Source: an uncultured Verrucomicrobiae bacterium
Lineage (GTDB): Bacteria > Verrucomicrobiota > Verrucomicrobiia > Limisphaerales > Palsa-1400
Length of the DNA: 64,000 nucleotides
Assembly: GCA_963764165.1 (NCBI GenBank)
Contig: CAVXRD010000001.1
Span: forward strand, 384,001 to 448,000
Direction of reading: 5' to 3'
Made by a program: the position numbers and the translations under genes. The notes under the pieces were generated by a model that did not search any database, had not been told where the DNA came from, and worked only from the letters and a program-made list of their open reading frames with translations. Positions 57,368 to 64,000 of this stretch are shown piece after piece. The first letter of the stretch is position 1; every line of letters begins with the position of its first letter.

Positions 57368-58174
57368 ATGCGCTTCATCGAACCACACGGGCACATGGTC
57401 AGCCGCACGACGGATGATTACATGGCGCTGGCAACCGCCGGATGCCAGGCAGTTTGCGAGCCGGCGTTTTGGGCGGGATACGACCGCAGCTCCGTGGACG
57501 GATTCTACGATTACTTTCGCCAGCTCACAGAATACGAACCGAAGCGCGCGGCAAAATTCGGTTTGACGCATTACTGCTGGATTTGCCTGAATCCAAAGGA
57601 GTCCGAGGACATCAAACTCGCCACAGAAGTTTTGGAGATCATCCCGAAATTTCTGGATCGGCCGACCGTGCTCGGCATTGGCGAGATTGGATTAAACAAA
57701 AACAGCCGCAACGAGCTGGCGATATTTGAGAGGCACGTCCAAATCGCGGTCGATTACAAACAGCTTATTTTGATTCACACGCCGCACCTCGAGGACAAGC
57801 TCAAGGGCACGCGCTTGATCGTCGACGCCTTGAAATCCGACAAACGCATCGATCCAAGCCGCGTTATTATTGACCACGTCGAGGAGCACACGATCAAACT
57901 CGTGCTGGACGCCGGATTCTGGGCCGGGATGACGTTGTATCCGGAATCGAAATGCACCGCGGCGCGCGCTGCGGACATGATCGAGCAATACGGAAACGAG
58001 CGACTCTGGATGAACAGCGCCTGCGATTGGGGCGTGAGCGTTCCGCTGGCCGTGCCGCGGGCGGCGTTGGAAATGCGCCTGCGCGGGCACACGCCGGAGG
58101 CCATCGACAAGCTGGTTTACCAGAATCCGCGCGCTTTCCTCAGTCAATCAAAGAATTTTTCCCACCTGTCCTGA
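57368..58174 (+). CDS. TatD-family hydrolase (EboB-like)
   Basis: [45 protein letters not shown]. Confidence 0.88.
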   Translation: MRFIEPHGHMVSRTTDDYMALATAGCQAVCEPAFWAGYDRSSVDGFYDYFRQLTEYEPKRAAKFGLTHYCWICLNPKESEDIKLATEVLEIIPKFLDRPTVLGIGEIGLNKNSRNELAIFERHVQIAVDYKQLILIHTPHLEDKLKGTRLIVDALKSDKRIDPSRVIIDHVEEHTIKLVLDAGFWAGMTLYPESKCTAARAADMIEQYGNERLWMNSACDWGVSVPLAVPRAALEMRLRGHTPEAIDKLVYQNPRAFLSQSKNFSHLS

Positions 58175-59352
58175 TGCTGCTGGCCAAAGGTCATCATCTC
58201 GCCTACTGCGCGAATATTCACCGCGGCGAAAGCTGGGCGGAGACGCTGCGGGCGCTGGAGACGCACACGCTCGAAGTCAAACATAAGGTTTGCCCTTCGG
58301 AGCCTTACGCCATTGGCTTGCGCCTTAGCGCCCAGGCAGCCCGCGAATTGTCGGACAGCGAAACCTTGCTGGAATTTCAGCGGTGGCTTGAGGTGCATCA
58401 CTGCTACGTTTTTACAATCAACGGATTTCCCTTTGGCCGATTCCATGGGCAGCGCGTGAAGGAGCAGGTTTACCGTCCAGATTGGACGTCGCGCGAGCGC
58501 CTGGAATACACAAATCTTCTTTTCGACATTCTGGCGCAACTCGTTCCGGCTGGCGTCGAGGGAAGCGTGAGCACTCTGCCCGGCTCGTTCAAGGAGTTCA
58601 TCGAAACGACCGAGCAGCAGAAAGCGATTCGCGATAATTTATTCAATTGCGTAAAACATATTGAGCGCCGGAGCGCCGAGAGCGGGCGAACGCTGCACCT
58701 TGGAGTGGAACCGGAACCGCTGGGATTGTTCGAGACAACGGCGGAGACCATCGCGTTCTTCGGCCAATTGCGCGATGAGCACTCCAACGATCCGCGTTTG
58801 GAGAAATTTCTCGGGGTCAATTACGACACCTGCCATCTTGCGGTTGAATATGAGGATCCCGTTGCGTCGCTTTCTGAACTGAGCCGGAACCGAATCAAGA
58901 TCAGCAAGCTTCATCTGAGTTCGGCGCTCAAAGCCAAGGCGACCACGGCCGCCCGCTCGGCGCTGGCGCAATTTTCAGAAGACGTCTACCTGCATCAAGT
59001 CGTGGCGCGCGATTCGCACGGCCAACTCACCCGCTACCGCGACTTGGGAGACGCGTTGAAGGCCGATAAACCCGCCGAGGAATGGCGTGTGCATTTTCAC
59101 GTCCCTCTGCATGGCGCGGCGACCAATTTATTCGAGCCAACGACCGATCACCTGCTCGGCGCTCTCGACGTCCTGAAAGCTGATCCGCAGCTTTGCACGC
59201 ACCTGGAAATGGAAACCTACACATGGGAAGTGCTCCCCTCAACAATGAAAAGCGCGAGCGTCGTCGATCAACTTTGCTCTGAATACGAATGGTGCCTGCA
59301 AAAACTCAATGGACGCGGATTGGGCCTAGCCAACTCCGAAAACGCCGTCTAA
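58174..59352 (+). CDS. eboE: Metabolite traffic protein EboE
   Basis: LAYCANIHRGE, GLRLS, FTINGFPFGRFH...VKEQVY.PDW, EPEP, DTCH, YLHQ, WRVHFHVPL, LEMETYTW. Confidence 0.88.
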   Translation: MLLAKGHHLAYCANIHRGESWAETLRALETHTLEVKHKVCPSEPYAIGLRLSAQAARELSDSETLLEFQRWLEVHHCYVFTINGFPFGRFHGQRVKEQVYRPDWTSRERLEYTNLLFDILAQLVPAGVEGSVSTLPGSFKEFIETTEQQKAIRDNLFNCVKHIERRSAESGRTLHLGVEPEPLGLFETTAETIAFFGQLRDEHSNDPRLEKFLGVNYDTCHLAVEYEDPVASLSELSRNRIKISKLHLSSALKAKATTAARSALAQFSEDVYLHQVVARDSHGQLTRYRDLGDALKADKPAEEWRVHFHVPLHGAATNLFEPTTDHLLGALDVLKADPQLCTHLEMETYTWEVLPSTMKSASVVDQLCSEYEWCLQKLNGRGLGLANSENAV

Positions 59353-59396
59353 CCTTGCTATGGATCATTATTTCTGGCACATCGAAACGCTCTTTT

Positions 59397-61049
59397 ATGC
59401 GAACCGGTCATAAGTTTCTGTCAACGCTCGTCTTCTTGGCATTCGCCTTGATTTCTCCCAAGTCGTTCGCAGCGGGAGGAACGGGCGACGTGGCGATTCG
59501 ATACCATTTCGCCGGCGCGACCAAACTGGCGCCTGATACAAACTTCGCGCGAAGCCAGGCGATTTTTTCGATTCCGCCAGCACGGATTTTCGAGGAATAC
59601 GTGTTGAATCGGCTGGCTGACCGAACCGCATCCGCGCTGCAACTAACGGCTGCGGGCGCGGCCCAGGCTCCCATTCGTCCATTGTTCGACACCCTTTTGC
59701 AGGCGGAATCGACGGGCTGTTTCGGTGGAACCGACAAGGCGCATATGGATTTCGTGATCGCGCTCCGGGCCAATGCAACGACGGTCGCGATTTGGGAACG
59801 AGCCTTGGGCGCCGCCTCGCATTCACCGGGCGATCCCATTTCCTTCGACGGTTTCGCGGGCAAGAGCTGGAAGGTTTCCGGCAGTCATCCCCTGTGGCAA
59901 ATCACCGCCCGCGATTGGCTGGTAGTGGGGCGCGGTGAGGATTTGGCGGCGACTCGCGAGCAATATCTGCAAAGCATCAAGAAGATAGACTTTCCAGCCA
60001 CAGTTTCCGGGGAAGCCTGGCTGAGCGCTGATATCGATTGGCCGCTTCTTTCGAATTGGGCTTCGCTGTACGACTGCCCGTTCAAGCTCGCCAAGACCAA
60101 GGTGGATGTGACCATCAAAAATGGCCGGATGCGCGCGACCGCAATTGTCAAGTATCCGGCGGAGATTCCGTGGCAGCCCCAGCCGTGGCATGTTCCCCGC
60201 GAGCTGATGAACAACCCGCTGAGCAGCTTCACCGCCAGCCAGGACCTGGCGGCCTACCTGAGTCTTGGCCCGGGCCTTTCGCAATTGGCTGGAAGCCCGC
60301 TCACGAACCAATTTTTTTGCTGGGCCTCGCGCGAGATGCCTCTGGAGAGCTGCGGCGCGTGGCCGGTCGCGGACAGCACCAACACCTTGCGCAAAGTGGG
60401 CGCGGACGGCCCAGTTGTCCTGAATCCCCTCTTGACGCCGCGCGGCGGATCGCAGTTGAAGTGGTTGGCCAAGAAGGACGTGCTTGTTTGGGAGCCCATG
60501 AAGCTCACCTCGCCGGAGCTTTCGGCGCGGCGAACCAAAGACGGAGATTTTTTGCTCGCGGAAATATTTCCGAAGGTGGGCGATCATGCGCCGGTCCCTG
60601 AGCAGTTGCTCAAGCAGTTCGACCAGAACCAGAATTTAGTTTACTACGATTGGGAGCTTACCGGACTCCGGTTGAAACAGTGGCGCGTGCTGTCGGAACT
60701 TCTGCCCGTGCTTCCAACTCCATCCGCCGCGGACAAGGCGCGCTGGCAAAAGGCGGCTCAGAGCATGACGAACTCCACGGCTGCGAACCAACCGAAGAAT
60801 GCCACCGCCCTGGTCGATGCGTGGCTGGCCGGGCTTAGCAATCCTATACTTGACAATACGGTGACCCAGATCACGCGGACTTCGCCGACCGAGCTTTCCG
60901 TGGTGCGCAATTCCGAGCTTTTGTTCACGGGGGTTGAGCTGGTTTACATTTCACATTGGCTGGCGGATGCGCCGATTGGCCCCATCGACGGCGCCCTGCT
61001 CCCGTGGGCCAAGATGTCCGGCCCCGGCGCAAACTTGCTTCACCATTGA
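59397..61049 (+). CDS. Exported hypothetical protein
   Basis: Signal peptide from MRTGHK; ~550 aa; no motif recognised. Confidence 0.75.
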   Translation: MRTGHKFLSTLVFLAFALISPKSFAAGGTGDVAIRYHFAGATKLAPDTNFARSQAIFSIPPARIFEEYVLNRLADRTASALQLTAAGAAQAPIRPLFDTLLQAESTGCFGGTDKAHMDFVIALRANATTVAIWERALGAASHSPGDPISFDGFAGKSWKVSGSHPLWQITARDWLVVGRGEDLAATREQYLQSIKKIDFPATVSGEAWLSADIDWPLLSNWASLYDCPFKLAKTKVDVTIKNGRMRATAIVKYPAEIPWQPQPWHVPRELMNNPLSSFTASQDLAAYLSLGPGLSQLAGSPLTNQFFCWASREMPLESCGAWPVADSTNTLRKVGADGPVVLNPLLTPRGGSQLKWLAKKDVLVWEPMKLTSPELSARRTKDGDFLLAEIFPKVGDHAPVPEQLLKQFDQNQNLVYYDWELTGLRLKQWRVLSELLPVLPTPSAADKARWQKAAQSMTNSTAANQPKNATALVDAWLAGLSNPILDNTVTQITRTSPTELSVVRNSELLFTGVELVYISHWLADAPIGPIDGALLPWAKMSGPGANLLHH

Positions 61050-61054
61050 CGGCC

Positions 61055-61804
61055 ATGCTGAAACTTGGCGTAAACATAGACCACGTGGCGACCCTGCGGC
61101 AGGCGCGCTACCGCGGGCGCGAACGCGGCGAGCCGGATCCCATCGAGGCGGCGCTGATTTGCGAATCGGCAGGGGCGCACGGCATCACGGCGCATCTCCG
61201 CGAAGACCGGCGGCACATTTTGGATCGCGACATCCGCCAGCTTCGCCAAGCCATCAAGAGCCGGCTGAATTTCGAAATGGCGAATGCTCCAGAAATTGTC
61301 AGCATCGCGCTTGAGGTCAAGCCGGACATAGTTTGCATTGTGCCGGAGAAGCGCGAGGAAGTGACGACTGAGGGCGGGCTCGATGCGTCGGGCCATTGGA
61401 CGGCCCTGACCGAAACGCGCCAGCGCATGAACGATGCAGGAATCGACGTGAGCCTTTTCATCGCGCCCGAAGCAGAGCAGGTGAAGGCGGCGGCGAGGAT
61501 CGGCAGCCAGTTTATAGAATTGCACACTGGCCAGTTTGCGGAAAATTTCCATCGCAAACGCGAGCGGGCCGTGGAATTGGCGCGGCTCGTCAGCGCGGCG
61601 GAATTGGCCCACAGCCTTGGCTTGCGCGTCAACGCGGGGCACGGGTTGAACTATCAAAACCTCGCAGTCGTCCGGCAAGTCCCGCATCTGGTCGAGTTGA
61701 ACATCGGCCACAGCATCATCAGCCGCTCCATCGTCGTTGGTCTTGCGACCGCCGTGCGCGAAATGCTCCTGCTGACGAGCTCGCCCGCAGAAACCAATAC
61801 TTGA
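61055..61804 (+). CDS. pdxJ: Pyridoxine 5'-phosphate synthase
   Basis: LGVNIDHVATLRQAR, HLREDRRHI, TTEGGLD, IELHTG, NAGHGL, ELNIGH. Confidence 0.97.
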   Translation: MLKLGVNIDHVATLRQARYRGRERGEPDPIEAALICESAGAHGITAHLREDRRHILDRDIRQLRQAIKSRLNFEMANAPEIVSIALEVKPDIVCIVPEKREEVTTEGGLDASGHWTALTETRQRMNDAGIDVSLFIAPEAEQVKAAARIGSQFIELHTGQFAENFHRKRERAVELARLVSAAELAHSLGLRVNAGHGLNYQNLAVVRQVPHLVELNIGHSIISRSIVVGLATAVREMLLLTSSPAETNT

Positions 61805-61814
61805 CAATAGCTCT

Positions 61815-62192
61815 GTGATCCTCGGCACCGGCACGGACATCATTGAGGTCGAGCGCGTGGACAGCGCCCACAAGCGGTTCGGCAGCCGCTTCGCCGAACG
61901 CATCCTGCGCGAAGCCGAATTGGCCTACTGCCTGTCACATAAATTTCCGGCCCCATTCCTCGCCGTTCGCTTCGCCGCCAAGGAGGCCGTCTCGAAAGCG
62001 TTCGGAACCGGCATCGGCGCGAAACTTGGCTGGCAGGACATCGAAATTTGCCGGAAGGAATCGGGCGAACCTTACATCGTGCTGCATGATCTCGGCAAGG
62101 CGCTCATGGAAGAGCGTGGCGGACGCATCGTCCACATCACGCTCAGCCACACCGAGAAATACGCCACCGCGACGGCGATCCTTGAGTCGTAA
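61815..62192 (+). CDS. acpS: Holo-ACP synthase
   Basis: GTGTDIIE, RFAAKEAVSKAFGTG, ITLSH. Confidence 0.96.
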   Translation: MILGTGTDIIEVERVDSAHKRFGSRFAERILREAELAYCLSHKFPAPFLAVRFAAKEAVSKAFGTGIGAKLGWQDIEICRKESGEPYIVLHDLGKALMEERGGRIVHITLSHTEKYATATAILES

Positions 62193-63512
62193 TTAGAACG
62201 ACTTCGTCGTGCCGGGGACGGGTATGGCGTAGCGCCCATTGGCGTCCGGCTTCGTCGGTGTGGAAGCATCCCAGCCAAGGGCTTTGGGGAACGTGTCCAA
62301 CTTTGAATTAATCGCATTGTCCCAAGTCACTTCTTTGCCGCAATAGGTGGCCATGCGGCCCATGACCGCGGTCATCGTGCTGTAAGCACCGTACTCCAAA
62401 GTTTCGGCGTAAGGCGTGTCGTTGCGGATGGCGGCAAATAAATCGTCGTGCTCCTGCTGATACGGGTCGACGTCGTTATCACTGCTGTAACGCCATTTGT
62501 TCGCGCCTTCAATTCGATGCCCGCTGACGTCGCATAATCCGGTTGTTCCCTGGACGTGCTCGGAAACATTGTCCCAGCAGCCTACGATATGGCGGCATTG
62601 GCTGCTCAGCCGGGAGCCGTCCGGGTATTCAAATTCCACCGCGTGATGATCAAAAATTTCGCCGTTGTCGATTCCCTTGCGCACTTCGCGGCCGCCCATG
62701 CCCCAAGCGCGGACCGGGTGCGCTTTCTTGACCCAATTGATGACGTCCAAATTGTGAATGTGCTGTTCAACAATATGATCGCCGCAAAGCCAGACAAAAT
62801 AATACCAGTTGTACATCTGGTATTCCATTTCGGTGGGGACGCGGCCCAATTTTTGTTCCAGCTCTTTGCGCGGATGAACCCACACGCCGGGATTGTTCCA
62901 ATAGGCGCGCATCGCAACTATATCGCCGATGGCGCCGTCATGGAGCCGCTGGATGGTTTCAAGATAGCCTTTTTGGTGATGCCGCTGCAATCCAACTGCG
63001 ACCTTCAAATTCTTCTTCTTCGCCTCAGCCGCCGCGGCCAAAACTTTGCGAACGCCAGGGCCGTCCACGGCCACGGGCTTCTCCATGAAAATGTGTTTGC
63101 CCTGCTTGACAGCTTCCTCGAAATGAGAAGGGCGAAAGCCCGGTGGCGTGGCAAGGATCACCACGTCGGCGAGAGCCATCGCATGTTGAAACGCGTCGAA
63201 CCCGATGAACTTGTTCTCCTCGGGAACATCAACGCGGTCGGCATGTTTGGCCTTGAGCATGTTGTAGCTCCCGTCCAGGCGCTCCTTGAATACATCACCC
63301 ATCGCGACCAGCTTGAGCGGACCGGTCGTGCTCAACGCCTGGTCCGCCGCTCCGCTGCCGCGGCCTCCGCATCCGATCAGCGCCACCTTCAGAGTGTCCG
63401 TGCCGGCGGCAAAAACTCCCGGAGCCACGGCGGCGGCAGCGGCAAGGGTGGTCGTGGCCCGGATGAAATTCCGGCGTGTGAGTTCGGGAAAAGCGGATTG
63501 TTTCGAGTTCAT
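62193..63512 (-). CDS. Tat-exported Gfo/Idh/MocA oxidoreductase
   Basis: TRRNFI Tat motif, LIGCGGRG, FMEKPVA, EQHIHNLD. Confidence 0.92.
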   Translation of the reverse strand: MNSKQSAFPELTRRNFIRATTTLAAAAAVAPGVFAAGTDTLKVALIGCGGRGSGAADQALSTTGPLKLVAMGDVFKERLDGSYNMLKAKHADRVDVPEENKFIGFDAFQHAMALADVVILATPPGFRPSHFEEAVKQGKHIFMEKPVAVDGPGVRKVLAAAAEAKKKNLKVAVGLQRHHQKGYLETIQRLHDGAIGDIVAMRAYWNNPGVWVHPRKELEQKLGRVPTEMEYQMYNWYYFVWLCGDHIVEQHIHNLDVINWVKKAHPVRAWGMGGREVRKGIDNGEIFDHHAVEFEYPDGSRLSSQCRHIVGCWDNVSEHVQGTTGLCDVSGHRIEGANKWRYSSDNDVDPYQQEHDDLFAAIRNDTPYAETLEYGAYSTMTAVMGRMATYCGKEVTWDNAINSKLDTFPKALGWDASTPTKPDANGRYAIPVPGTTKSF

Positions 63513-63571
63513 AGCATTTATTGACCAAAGGGTGTTTATGCCTATTCAAATAAACTGTGCGCGGCGCTTGA

Positions 63572-64000
63572 TCAATCCTTTTCCGTGCCGCTGTGCCAAT
63601 ACTTGTACATCTCCTCCACCGACGGAACTTTCAGCGGGCGGATGATGCGGAATCCGACGAACTGCGCGTCGGTCAAAAACCAGATGCTCTTGGGCAACTG
63701 CGGGTCCTGCATTTTCCACTCGGGGCCGGAACCGCGGCGCACCGCGCTGCGCAATTTGTCCGCTTTGTCCTGCCAGGAGCCGCCGCGCACCACATGCGGA
63801 TACGGCTTGGTCGCTTTGTTCCACGGCTCGGTGACGATGTCCGTGAATTTCTTGTAATAGTTTGGGTCGTATTGATCGAGCGTCCACTCATCGACGTTGC
63901 CGATGATGTCGTAAAGGCCCCATGGATTCGGCGCTTTCTTGCCGACCTTTTGATATTTGAAATCGCTGTTGTCATCGAACCAGGCGTAATCGCCGAGCTT
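63572..64000 (-). CDS. C-terminal part of formylglycine-generating-enzyme (SUMF1/FGE) domain protein
   Basis: VGKKAPNPWGLYDIIGNVDEW, VVRGGSW, VGFR; runs off window edge. Confidence 0.88.
   Translation of the reverse strand, partial: KLGDYAWFDDNSDFKYQKVGKKAPNPWGLYDIIGNVDEWTLDQYDPNYYKKFTDIVTEPWNKATKPYPHVVRGGSWQDKADKLRSAVRRGSGPEWKMQDPQLPKSIWFLTDAQFVGFRIIRPLKVPSVEEMYKYWHSGTEKD

Noticed and set aside
1..64000. rRNA, tRNA, integrase or prophage genes
   Set aside because: No conserved rRNA blocks, cloverleaf/T-loop motifs or recombinase/phage proteins recognised by eye; a tRNAscan/Infernal run would be needed for certainty

Overview
GC-rich bacterial chromosomal window. It is most consistent with Verrucomicrobiota (subdivision 3 / Pedosphaerales-like); this is inferred from the prepilin/H-X9-DG protein, the C-terminal 'W..G..Y.LQ.S..L...W...FY' domains and the repeat families. 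Most of the window is housekeeping and transport: ftsK, two MFS, NCS2, a DMT transporter, bcp, an RND pump, kbl, acnA, AI-2E, GH39, PfkB, an eboB/eboE-like pair and pdxJ-acpS. The most striking locus is 19.8-31.9 kb, where prepilin + PilN/PilO/PilP-like + secretin genes run directly into two giant paralogous secreted proteins. Each has an NHL propeller, a cohesin-like / dockerin-like / cohesin-like core and a shared C-terminal domain, which suggests a dedicated export system for a self-assembling surface complex. Intergenic DNA is repeat-rich: a RAYT flanked by its own REPs, three other REP families, a CTAG-ended MITE that supplies the ftsK stop, phased 9-11 bp tandem arrays, and a duplicated palindrome + leaderless small ORF + 10-mer array unit. 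One intact and three decayed toxin-antitoxin remnants are present, plus a frameshifted TlpA paralog. No rRNA, tRNA or CRISPR array was recognised. All assignments are by eye from motifs; no searches were run.
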